DNA from: Thraustochytrium aureum
Lineage: Eukaryota
Reading direction: 5' to 3'
DNA length: 54,894 nt
Assembly (NCBI GenBank): GCA_012862495.1
Contig: BLSG01000155.1
Location: 9,833-64,726, forward strand
Of the stretch, positions 43,709-53,659 are shown piece by piece. The translations under genes were made by a program, and so were the position numbers. Each line of letters opens with the position of its first letter. Position 1 is the first letter of the stretch. A model generated the notes under the pieces. The model had not been told where the DNA came from. It searched no databases and saw nothing but the letters and a program-made list of their open reading frames with translations.

Positions 43709-46019
43709 ATGAGCGCGTTCGAGCTCGCGGTCGTCACGCCGACGGCCTGCAGCCCCGCGAGCCTTGTCGTGGTCCACCAGCAGCGCAGGATGCTGTTTGA
43801 CTGCGGGCCAGGGCTGCAGCGCGTGGCGAGCGAGACCAAGACGCGCTTGACGCGCCTGAGCGAGGTGTTTGTGACGCAGGTGGACGGCGACTCGCTGGGC
43901 GGTCTGGGAGGCATGATGCTCACGCTCGCAGACCTGGAGACCACCCGCATAGAAGCAGTACCGGCGGCAGTAAAGTCGGGTTTACCTTGGATCTGGTCGG
44001 CCCGCCCGGGCTGGCGGACTTTGTCCACGCAATGCGCTTTGTGTACAAGAGACCGAACTCGGCCATCACGGTGCACGAGGTCGTGTCCCCTTCGCGCCCC
44101 ATCGAGCACGAGGACGGGCTCACGGTAACGCCCGTGCTAGTCGTCGCCTCGCCGAGCGGTCGCGGAGGCGAGGACGAGGTCGAGGACCCCCGGGGCCAAA
44201 GCGCACGCGCCGAGAAGGACGGCCGCCCAAGGCAACCTATGCTGTTCCGTTCAAGTTTGGCAAGTTTGAGGTGCGGTCGACGGCAGAGGGCGACGAGAGC
44301 GCTCGCTCAACGCTCCCGGAGCGCGGTCCCGATCCTTGCGCAGTGAGCTACATTCTGCAGGCGCCGGCAAAGCGCGGCAAGTTCCTGCCCGCTCAAGCCA
44401 TTGCGCTGGGCGTCCGACCAGGCCGCGACTTTGGCAGACTCACTAAAGGGGAGGCTATCACGACTGCCTCGGGCCGCCTCGTGCGCCCCGAGGAGTGCAT
44501 GGAGCAGGCCGAGGTGCCTCAGCTCGTCATAGTCGTCGCTTGCCCGGACGTGCGGTTTGTTGCTGCGTTGATCAGCGCGAGGGAGTTTGAGGCGGCAGCG
44601 AGTGCGGGGGGTGTGGCTTTCGTGGTGCACATGGCCCCGCGTGCGGTCCTTGAGGACGAGCGGTATGCCGCTTGGGCGGGTCGCTTTCAGGGCGAGTCGC
44701 TGGAGCACGTCGTTGTGCACCGCGAGCTGTGCCGCAACCAGCAGGTGTTTGCCGCGAGCGCCGCCATCCAGTCCCAGCTTGCGGCCAAGGTAGACCCTGT
44801 CCTCTTTGGGCCCGACCTCAGCAGCAGCGAGTCGGGGGGCCAGGCTTTGCAGCAACGGGACGTCGACGCGCTGAAAAAGGCCGTAGCGCCGCGCAGGGCC
44901 TTTGTCGCCGAAATGCTTGACACACTGGTGGTGCACCCGACGTCGGCGCGCGGAACCAAGGCCTGGGCCGCAGCGCCGCAAACCATCGAAGCGGAGGGCG
45001 CGCCGCTTGCAGCAATCGAGCCCGTCAGCCTCGAACTCGCGGACCCGTACGACTTGACCTTTCTGGGAACGGGCGCCGCCATTCCTGGCAAGTACCGCAA
45101 CGTCAGCGCGACCTTGCTCCGCGTGCGGCAAGAGAACGGAGCGACGCGGGCGCTCCTCCTGGACGCGGGCGAGGGCACTGCATCGCAACTCGTGCGGCGC
45201 TTTGGAGGCTCGCACGCGAAGCGGATCTTGCACAACGAGCTCTGCGCTGTGTGGATCTCTCACATGCACGCCGACCACCACTTGGGGCTCCTCTCGATTC
45301 TTAAGGAGCGCGGTAGCAATTGCGGCCCGCTTGCAGTGGTTGGCCCGCCCGTTCTCAACGAGTTTTTGCACGACTGCTCGATTGGCGACCCCTCAATTGG
45401 GACCAACTACGAGTTCACTGCCGTGGTGCGCCAGAGCAGCACGGAGGCCACGTGCGTTGACGGAGATGCAAGCGCGGCAGTCGGGTCGGCCCAGCGCGCT
45501 CTTGCTGACCTTGGCGTGGCACGGCTCCAAAATGTGCCAGTCGTACACTGCTACGGAGCGTTTGGGGCGGTGTTACAATTAAGTGGTCCGACTGGCGCGA
45601 AGCTGGTCTACTCTGGCGATACAGAGCCCTGCGCGGCCCTCGTCGAGGCGGGCCGAGGCGCGGAGATCCTCGTACACGAGGCCACCTTTGAGCACGACAA
45701 GGTCGACGAGGCTCGCGCCAAGAAGCACTCGACCGTGACCGAGGCCATTGCTGCTGGGCAGCACATGGGCGCACGGTATACCGTGCTTACCCACTTCAGC
45801 CAGCGATATCCCAAGGTCACCAAAGGGACGGACGGCGACGGGGCAAAGGCAGGCGAAGGCGACGCAGTGCCTGGCACACGTGACGAGTGCGACTGGCCTG
45901 TGACCAAAGTGATCGTTGCCAGCGACCTCATGACTGTCTCTGCGACCAACTTGGACAGGGCCGCGGAGGTCGGTCCCCTCGTACAGGCCGTACTCGATGC
46001 GGGGGCGTTGGACGACTGA
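43709..46019 (+). CDS. ELAC2: tRNase Z long form (ELAC2/Trz1)
   Basis: MLFDCGPGLQR pseudo-motif; exosite KRGKF...A.ALGVRPG.DFG.L..GE; FLGTGAAIPGKYRNVS (PxKxRN); LLDAGEGT; SHMHADHHLG; YSGDTEPC; HEAT; KHST; THFSQRYPK. Frameshifts ~43970 and ~44190. The frame is open upstream to the gap at 43568. Confidence 0.95.
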
Positions 46020-46261
46020 ACGAGAAACCGTGCTTGCTGCCAGGAATGGTGCGCCTTTTACGCTGCTAGAATTCTCCGGAAGCTCAACCTACCGGTGCCA
46101 CTCTACTACAGCAGAGAGAGAGAGAGAGCGTTGGTGATGGTGTTAGCGGACATGAAGTCAAGGTCCAATTTAGCTTTGCTTCCATTCCTAATACACCCCG
46201 ATCGCTCGCCAGGTCCCACAAAGACCTTCTGCAAGCTACGGGCCCCGCGACAAACAAAGAT

Positions 46262-47293
46262 TCAACGATGGCACTTCTTCGATTCGTGGCGAGAGTGATT
46301 CGGCCCCGACGGCCGCACAGCCGCGATAACATCGCGAGCCTCGCGCACCGAGTCGCGAAGTTTGTCAACTGTTCTCGACTTTGGCATCGCAGCGAGCAAG
46401 CTCTGCCCGCGGCGCGGGGTGAGCGAGCCAGGCTGGTCGGCGCGTTTGAGCTTTGCTTTTCTCTCTTGCTCCACCATCTCGCGCTGCTCGAGGAGGAACT
46501 TTGACGGGGTAGCAGAGGCCTCCAAGTCCTCCATGAGCCACGTTCGCTCCAGCTTGGCCGAGTACTCGCGCATGTGCTCAAGCGCCGGCGGGCCTTGCAA
46601 GGCCTCCTTCTTCTGCTCGGTAATCTCTTCGTGTTCCATGTCCAGCAGAGACTGAATGTACTCAACGTCCTCAAGAAGCTCTTGCGACTCCTCCTCAAGA
46701 GCGTCACGAATGTCTTTGGTCACGCGCTCGATGCGGAACACGCTGAGGGGGCCGTCGCCAAGCGGGTCAAGGAGGTCTGCTGGCGCCGAGGCGACCGAGC
46801 GCGACGAGCGCGACGAGCTCGCTGTGCCTGGTCGATTTTGCCGCCCGCTGAGGCACGGCTTTGGCGTGGGCGGCTGTCCGCAGCTGGTGCCTGGCCTGGC
46901 GGCGAGCCGCTCGTGTTTGCGCAGCACGTAGTCCTTGACGTTTTGCTCCACCCGCGTCCTGGGGCTGAGGATCGACTGGGCGCACGGCGACGCGCTCTTC
47001 TTGACAGAGTTAATAAGGAGCATAATCTGCTGCTCGAGGAGTACGCGGGCAGGGTGCTCTGGCAGCGGCGGCCGCCGTCTCAGCTGCTCCCTGAAGGCCT
47101 CATTCTGCTGTTGAAACTCGTCCAAGATCTCGCGCAGCGCCTGCACCTCTTGACGCAGCAGCTCGTTCTTCTCGATGAGGCTAGCGCCAATCACGCGCCG
47201 CACCTCGTCCTGCTCTGCTGGCGGCACTTTGGCCTGCACGCGCTCCCATATCGTCAAGCGTATTTCCGTCGCGGCGTCCGCGGCGGTCGCCAT
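46262..47293 (-). CDS. CCDC24: CCDC24-like coiled-coil protein
   Basis: TIWERVQAKVPPAEQDEVRRVIG.SLIEKN..LRQEVQALREIL and IRDALEEESQELLEDVEYIQSLL resemble CCDC24 conserved blocks as I recall them. Confidence 0.65.
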   Translation of the reverse strand: MATAADAATEIRLTIWERVQAKVPPAEQDEVRRVIGASLIEKNELLRQEVQALREILDEFQQQNEAFREQLRRRPPLPEHPARVLLEQQIMLLINSVKKSASPCAQSILSPRTRVEQNVKDYVLRKHERLAARPGTSCGQPPTPKPCLSGRQNRPGTASSSRSSRSVASAPADLLDPLGDGPLSVFRIERVTKDIRDALEEESQELLEDVEYIQSLLDMEHEEITEQKKEALQGPPALEHMREYSAKLERTWLMEDLEASATPSKFLLEQREMVEQERKAKLKRADQPGSLTPRRGQSLLAAMPKSRTVDKLRDSVREARDVIAAVRPSGPNHSRHESKKCHR

Positions 47294-47399
47294 TGTCGCC
47301 AGAGCGCGAGAGACTCGGTGCAGAGCGAGAGCGCAAAAGCAAGCCAGTAAACCAGTCCTGCGAGGCGCCCCTTGCGCGCGCGCGACAGCGGCAGTCGGG

Positions 47400-48239
47400 G
47401 CTCTGCAGAGGCTGCCGGCGACGAGCTCGAAATAGAGCCGTTCAAGCACGTATTAGTGGCGCTGGCACCAAACCGTGGTTTAACGGTTCGCGAGGTGGGG
47501 CTCGTGTTAGAGGAATACGGGTCGTCATTGCACGACGGGCGACTTGCGCTCGGGCGGATGCGCAACGCGGCGCAGGTCGGCGGAAGCGGGCAGCGAGGCG
47601 ATCTAGAGCGTGGCGAGAATGCAACGGGGTCGTTTTGACGGTCCTGGGGACGGCGACCTCCTCCCCGAGCTGTTCGAGTTCGGCGTTCAGCCGCCGGGAA
47701 GCCTCAAGGTGCCGTTTGGCAACCTCGAGGACAGCGATGAGATGAGCGGCGGGCTCTGGTTCGCGCCGCACGAGGACAGCGAAGACGAGCTCGTGCTGGT
47801 AGGCGCGAGGATCGTAAACGCAAACCCGCATGAGGTCGCGGCGGTGCGCCAGGCCACGCTCGCCGGCCCGGTCGTGACGCGGGACGAGCTCGACGGCATT
47901 GGGCTGGACTTTGCCTTTCAAGTTGCAGAGGACCTTGCGCGTGCAGAGCAAGAGTATCTCGCTCCAGCGGTTGTGCAGCAGGGGGTGCCAGGCCCGGAGG
48001 ACGGCGAGGCGGCATTATTTGTGCAGGTCGGGGATCGCCTCGTTGACGTAAACGCATCGCTTCGCCACGCGTTCGACCAGTTCTCCGACGCCAAGGGGCT
48101 CGTCAGCCGCGACGCGCTTCGCAGCGTCCTCGCCAACCTCGACCTCGACCTCGACGACGACGAGTTCGCCGAGGCGCGTGTCGGATTCCGCGACGACTAT
48201 GTAACCTTCGAGCAGTTTCGCGCCTGGTGGATCTCATAG
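47400..48239 (+). CDS. Hypothetical protein with a C-terminal EF-hand pair; start uncertain
   Basis: LRHAFDQFSDAKGLVSRDALRSVL..LDDDEFAE..DDYVTFEQFRAWW. The upstream ORF 47372-47638 joins via a probable extra T at 47633-47636. First ATG at 47558. Confidence 0.65.
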
Positions 48240-48416
48240 CTGCGCCCCCGAGCGTGTCTGCGCACAGCCACTCGGGCGACCAACCAGTGCATGCCCCAGT
48301 ACTCTGCAGTATTCGCGGCAGACGGGGGCACGAGTGTGAGCTGTACGAAGGTATGTCAGGAAGCAACCCTTTTCCTGCGTCAACCATCGCAACATGTCCT
48401 GGAGCAGAATCAGAAG

Positions 48417-48546
48417 ATCGATTGCATCCGGCACCGACCAGCATCGATTGCATTCGAGCCCGACCAGCACAGATTGCATCCGGCACCGACCAGCATCGAT
48501 TGCATTCGAGCCCGACAAGTATCGATTGCATCCGAAACCGACCAAC
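48417..48546 (+). repeat. 26-bp tandem repeat x5 with A/B alternation (consensus ATCGATTGCATYCGRnnCCGACCAGC)
   Basis: Units at 48417, 48443, 48469, 48495 and 48521, read directly from the sequence. Confidence 0.92.
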
Positions 48547-49070
48547 AAGTATCTTCAACAACGACCTCATAAGTAGGTATCTTCAACAACAACAACACGA
48601 CCTCCTGCTCCTCGTCGCCGCCCGCCCATCGCCGTGCTGCCACCAGACTCATCACCAGAACAGCCGCCATCCACAGACAACCTCGAACAAGCACGCACTT
48701 CGAATCGAACGACCTCGACGCCTCTAATCGATTATACCCCGTACGACAACCGATTTTACTCCCGGATTCGAGTGACAGATGTGTTCCAAGGAAGGAAGGA
48801 AAGAAGGCAGCAGCAGACCGGTATCGAGACCGCAGCACGCAGCGCCGAGCCCGCCTTGCCCCTCTCGCGGCCAACCGAGCAGCAGCAGCAGCAGCGGCGG
48901 CAGCAGCGGCGGGAGTCGTAGTAGCTTGGCCTGAGCGCCGCCTCCTCGGCTCCTCCTCCTGCTGCGTCTCCAGAGGTCTCGGCCTTGCTCTCGGCCTTGC
49001 TCCGCCTTTGGCGTCGTTCACCTTGGGCAGGAGCAGTTGGAGCGGCAGGCGGCTTGGACTGACTGGCGCG

Positions 49071-50408
49071 ATGGCGCCGTCGGCGGCCAAGGTGGTGAAG
49101 ACGAGCGATGGGGTGGGACGTTCTTCAAGACGAAGATCGAGCAGCTGGAGGCGAGGCTGAGGGACAAGACGGAGAATCTGAGACGGTTGCAGGCGCAGCG
49201 GAATGAACTGAACACCGCAGTGCGCATGCTTCGCGATGAACTGCAGGTGCTGCAGGAGCCCGGGTCGTACGTTGGCGAGGTCGTCAAGGCGATGGGCAAG
49301 AAGAAGGTGCTTGTCAAGGTCAACCCCGAGGGCAAGTACGTGGTGGAGGTCGACCCGAAAATCGACGTGTCCAAGTGCACGCCCAACACGCGCGTGGCCC
49401 TGCGCAACGACAGCTACATGCTGCACAAGATCCTGCCCACCAAGGTAGACCCGCTCGTGTCGCTCATGAAGGTCGAAAAGGTCCCCGACTCCACGTACGA
49501 CATGGTCGGAGGCCTCGGCAAGCAGATCCGCGAAATCAAGGAGGTCATCGAGCTCCCCATCAAGCACCCCGAGCTTTTCGAGAGCCTCGGCGTGGCCCAG
49601 CCCAAGGGCGTTCTCCTGTACGGCCCTCCTGGAACTGGCAAGACCTTGCTCGCCCGTGCCGTCGCACACCACACAGACTGCACGTTCATTCGCGTCTCGG
49701 GCGCCGAGCTCGTGCAAAAGTACATCGGCGAGGGCTCCCGCATGGTGCGCGAGCTCTTCGTCATGGCCCGCGAGGCGGCTCCGTCCATCATCTTCATGGA
49801 CGAGATCGACTCTATCGGCAGCTCGCGGTCCGACTCTGGCGGCGGCGGCGACGCCGAGGTGCAGCGCACGATGCTCGAGNNNNNNNNNNNNNNNNNNNNN
49901 NNNNNNNNNNNNNNNNNNNNNNNNNNNNNNNNNNNNNNNNNNNNNNNNNNNNNNNNNNNNNNNNNNNNNNNNNNNNNNNNNNNNNNNNNNNNNNNNNNNN
50001 NNNNNNNNNNNNNNNNNNNNNNNNNNNNNNNNNNNNNNNNNCGAGCACCAAATCAAGGTCATCATGGCCACCAACCGCATCGACATCCTCGACCCCGCGC
50101 TGCTGCGCCCAGGCCGTATCGACCGCAAGATCGAGTTTCCCAACCCCGGCAACGAGTCGCGCGAGTCCATCCTGCACATCCACTCGCGCAAGATGAATCT
50201 CATGCGCGGCATCGACATCAAGTCGGTGGCCGCCAAGCTCAGCGGGGCCTCTGGGGCCGAGTGCAAGGCGGTGTGTACCGAAGCAGGCATGTTTGCACTG
50301 CGCGAGCGCCGCATCCACGTCACGCAAGAGGACTTTGAGATGGCCGTCTCCAAGGTCATGACAAAGGCGGACTCGCACAACATGTCGCTTCGGAAGCTCT
50401 GGAAGTAG
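49071..50408 (+). CDS. PSMC5: 26S proteasome AAA-ATPase subunit Rpt6
   Basis: [84 protein letters not shown]-terminal MSLRKLWK. One frameshift ~49116 in a G run; gap 49880-50041. Confidence 0.97.
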
Positions 50409-50621
50409 GCGGCTCTGGCCCAGGATATCGCAACGCAGAAAACACAACGGCAAACGAAGGTTTTATCTTGAAAAACGCTTGGCCGCGCCACCGCTGCCGA
50501 ACTGAATGTCCGCGTCCCGGCGCTTGCGAGTAATAGAGTCTACCTACTTACCTCCCACAGAGTAGAGGTGAGTCGTTCCTTGCCCTTTTGTAAACGTAGG
50601 TAGGCCTATGCAAACGTACTC

Positions 50622-52409
50622 CTAGGCTTCGCCGAGCTTTTGCTGGCCTTTGGTCTCCTGCTGCATGGAGGCATCTGCGCCAGCAAAAGAATCACTGCAC
50701 ACGTCAGCGTCAAGTGCATCAGGAACGCGTGAGATGAGCGCCAGCGCGGCACCCTGGTCCCCTGAGATGCGCTCAAGAGCTGCACCTCCATCTCCTGAGT
50801 GGCGCTGGAGAGCTGCAACCCGGTCTCGGAGCATGCCTACAAGCTCGGCGTTCTGGCGCTCTTTGAAGGCAGCGGCATCGCACTTGATACGCAATTCGGA
50901 CCGCACAGCATCCAATGCGGCTTGAAGCTTTGCGAGCGCGGCAACTCCGCTTTCGTCTTGGCATGCGCACGCTGCATTGCCACTCGATGGCTTTGGCTCT
51001 TCGCCAACTCCCGGCGAGCGCGTCACTTCCGAGGGGAGAGGCTCTTGGCTGCGGAGCTCGAGAATCTCGGCTGCAAGTTGGTTGCACTTAGCCTGAGCAA
51101 AGTTGCGGGACGCGATGGCGTCTGCAACGTCAGCAGCAGCAGCCTTGGCGCTGGCCTCGGCCGCGAGTCGCTCCCTCCGCAACTGCGACGCGAGCTCGAC
51201 GTTGGCCTTGCGAAGCTCAACCACTTTCGCCTTAAGATTGGAAAGCTCTTCAAGAGCTCCAACTTGCGTGCGTTGCACAGACGCGATTCTCTCCTCCGCG
51301 GCACGCAGAGCATGCCGCTGGGCATACTCGGCGCGACTTTCGAGATCTCGTGCTGCAGCATCAGCGTCCTCCTTGGCTTGCTTCAGCTTGGCTTGGGCTT
51401 GCTCAAAGGCTTCCCGGACGCCCTGGGCCTCGTCCGTGGCTCGCCGCTCGCGGGCTTCGGCCTGACGTTTCTCCACGCGCACCGTGTGGATTTCCAGGGC
51501 GAGCGACTTTGCTCGAACTTGCGCTTGGGACGCGCTTTGCTGCGCCGCGTCTATTTTCGCCTCGAGCTCGCGCTGTATTGCCGAAAACCGGAGGCGCTCG
51601 CGATTCAACGTCTCCTGTGCTTCAGCTGCGCGCCGCTCAGCCGCGTTCAGGGCCCGCGTGTCAGTCGTCGTCCCTGGACCTCGCTGCACTGCAAGCTCGA
51701 GGCAGACGCGCAGGTGCTGCGCTCGGGTGCGCTCAACCAGAAGACTGGCCGATAGGTTGGTCAGGTTGCGCTGAAGCCCAGCAATGAGTTCGTCTTTGCT
51801 GCGAAGCGCCTTGTTCGCCTCTTGGAACGCTTGCTGGTGTTGGAGCAAGTCGCGAATATGATTCTCAGACGGCGCGTTGCGCGCCGCTTCTGCGCTCGCC
51901 ATCTCGGCCTCAAACCGTGCCTCCTCAGCGCCGGCTACATCCTCGCGGCTCCGTTTGTCCACGACATGTCGCCCTCCGAAGCTTGCAGGCCTGTACCTCG
52001 ATCGCAGCCCGCCTGCCGAGAGGAGGCTGGACGCTGGTGGGAAAACGTCCCATTCACCGCGCATCCCTTCCCGCGACCCACCCCGAAAGGACCAAGCCGA
52101 GCGCAGCCCGACAGCAGGTACAACGCAGCGAGACAAGCTCGGAGTCTGCTTTGATCGTCGAAGCGGCTCTGCAGATGCATACCCGGGTGAGGCGCCGGGG
52201 TTGAAACATGTCATGAAAATGTGGGAATCCGGTAGTTCCGTTGAATTTTGGTTTGGAGCTGCCTTTGCCACCTGGCTCGCGTCGTGCGTCGCGGCGCGCT
52301 TCGCGGTGCTGGCTGCCATTGCCACCTGGCCTGCGTCGTGCGTCGTGCGTCGCGGCGCGCTTCGATGCCGTGCCCGAAAGGCTGCATCATTCGGGTTTTT
52401 GGAGCGCAT
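50622..52409 (-). CDS. Hypothetical long coiled-coil protein; start uncertain (ATG candidates near 52320 or at 52064)
   Basis: Uninterrupted 595-codon frame with A/E/Q/R/K-rich heptad-like sequence; no family recognised. Confidence 0.7.
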   Translation of the reverse strand: MRSKNPNDAAFRARHRSAPRRTTHDAGQVAMAASTAKRAATHDASQVAKAAPNQNSTELPDSHIFMTCFNPGASPGYASAEPLRRSKQTPSLSRCVVPAVGLRSAWSFRGGSREGMRGEWDVFPPASSLLSAGGLRSRYRPASFGGRHVVDKRSREDVAGAEEARFEAEMASAEAARNAPSENHIRDLLQHQQAFQEANKALRSKDELIAGLQRNLTNLSASLLVERTRAQHLRVCLELAVQRGPGTTTDTRALNAAERRAAEAQETLNRERLRFSAIQRELEAKIDAAQQSASQAQVRAKSLALEIHTVRVEKRQAEARERRATDEAQGVREAFEQAQAKLKQAKEDADAAARDLESRAEYAQRHALRAAEERIASVQRTQVGALEELSNLKAKVVELRKANVELASQLRRERLAAEASAKAAAADVADAIASRNFAQAKCNQLAAEILELRSQEPLPSEVTRSPGVGEEPKPSSGNAACACQDESGVAALAKLQAALDAVRSELRIKCDAAAFKERQNAELVGMLRDRVAALQRHSGDGGAALERISGDQGAALALISRVPDALDADVCSDSFAGADASMQQETKGQQKLGEA

Positions 52410-52705
52410 TCGTTTGGATCAGACTTTCAACCGGGACGCGACGAAACGCTGTTGTTGAATCGACGAAGCCACCCCCAGCGTCGCGACGTGCGCTGGCGAG
52501 TTCGCTCGGAGATCGTTGCAGTAGTAGAGTAGCTAGCTTGTTTGTTGTTGTTGTTCTGCGGCTTCGCTATTCGCGGCGAGTGGGCGTCTCTCCGAAGACA
52601 CGCGCCGGGAGGCGCCTTTGGCAGAGGCCGACGTGGAGAGCCCGAGTCTCGACCCGACCCCAGTCGGCAACAGGCCCGCAGGGCTCTCGATTGCTACTCA
52701 CCTCC

Positions 52706-53659
52706 TCAGTCGTGCGACGTGGCAGACGTCTTCCTTGACTGCGTTTCCGTCGATTGATCCGTGTTGGGCGAAACACGGGTGGACCGAGCAGCGCTACCCG
52801 CGTTCGGGTCGCGCACGAAAGTCATTAGTGACAGGCCATCCATGAAGATTGAGAGGAACGGGCAATAAAACACGAACGGGATGAAGAAGCCCGGGTGGAG
52901 AAGGATGTCTGTGCCCAGGAAAAGGCCCGTTAGCGTAAGCGAGGTCAGAGTGACGTTGAAGAGCAGCAGAGCATCATTCGCATTTTGCGACGCAGCTTCG
53001 CAAGCGCAGGCGGGCGCGATGCCGAGGGTGTCGCTCGGTTCTTGCTGATCTCCTCCATCTCCGAAAGGACGTTAAATACCCTTTTCGCGAACGGGAGATG
53101 CAGCGCCATGTTGAAAGCGGAGCAAAGCCCGGAAAACGGCATGAACGCGGTCAAACCGTCCGTGAAATGTCGTCAGGATCCCAGCGGCAAAGAGGCACAT
53201 TGTGCAGGCGAGGCCGAGGACGCAAATGGAGACTGGAATCATTTCGCGAAAGACGTGCACGGCGAGCTTGATATTGACTTGGACTGAGACAAGGCGCTGG
53301 ACGCCTTCTTGTAGCACCTTCATTCTTGCAACGACGCCAGTCACAAAAACGAGGAAGAAAAACGTGGACACAGCGCCCTGCACGCGGTCGCCTGCGCGCG
53401 TCGCGCCTCCGCTACTTGCTACAAAGAACCCGAGAAGCGCAGCGTCTTGCCATATCCCGTGCCCGAGGAACGCGAGGCCGACGTCTTTGCCTTTGGGCAA
53501 CTTGAACGTGCGACGTCGCAGGAAGCAGACGATGTTGAACACGACGCTCGCGCTCTGGATCCCGAGCGAGATGCCGCCTGCGACGCCCAACACCGACTCT
53601 GAAATCTCCGGTACGAGAGGTCCGCTCTCGCCCAACGTACTGTTATCTAGGTCGGCCAT
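52706..53659 (-). CDS. Orphan seven-TM (GPCR-like topology) membrane protein, frameshifted
   Basis: MADLDNST (N-glycosylation sequon) then 4 hydrophobic helices. It continues by frame changes (~53165, ~52965, ~52920) into LTAFMPFSGLCSAFNMALHLPF, a basic loop LAKLRRKMR, LFNVTLTSLTLTG, and GFFIPFVFYCPFLSIFMDGLSLMTFV, then a Ser/Thr-rich tail and TGA at 52706-52708. Confidence 0.55.

Larger units (their letters stand above)
965..50041. other. 13 assembly gaps (N runs)
   Basis: 965-1462, 5558-5714, 7137-7852, 9836-10249, 14167-14354, 19050-19771, 21017-21439, 23301-23760, 27615-27751, 37414-37491, 40602-40803, 43418-43567, 49880-50041. Confidence 0.99.

Noticed and set aside
48417..48546. CRISPR array
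   Set aside because: Units are head-to-tail with no unique spacers, no cas genes are nearby, and the context is eukaryotic.
12567..51755. Numerous long antisense or alternate-frame ORFs (e.g. 13408-14625, 24236-25438, 38259-39356, 44307-45371, 50799-51755)
   Set aside because: Shadow ORFs of GC-rich coding sequence on the opposite strand, with no independent motifs.
52262..52365. Imperfect direct duplication (TGCCACCTGGC...GCGTCGTGCGTCG...GCGCGCTTCG) as a mobile-element terminus
   Set aside because: Two adjacent copies only, with no TIR, TSD or transposase; it fits a local tandem duplication in the 5' region of the coiled-coil gene.
760..53170. Pervasive frameshifts as programmed frameshifting, RNA editing or mass pseudogenisation
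   Set aside because: Shifts go in both directions, mostly sit in homopolymer runs, share no slippery motif and hit essential genes (RPT6, VPS54, RNase Z) in a gap-rich assembly. Sequencing error is far more parsimonious.
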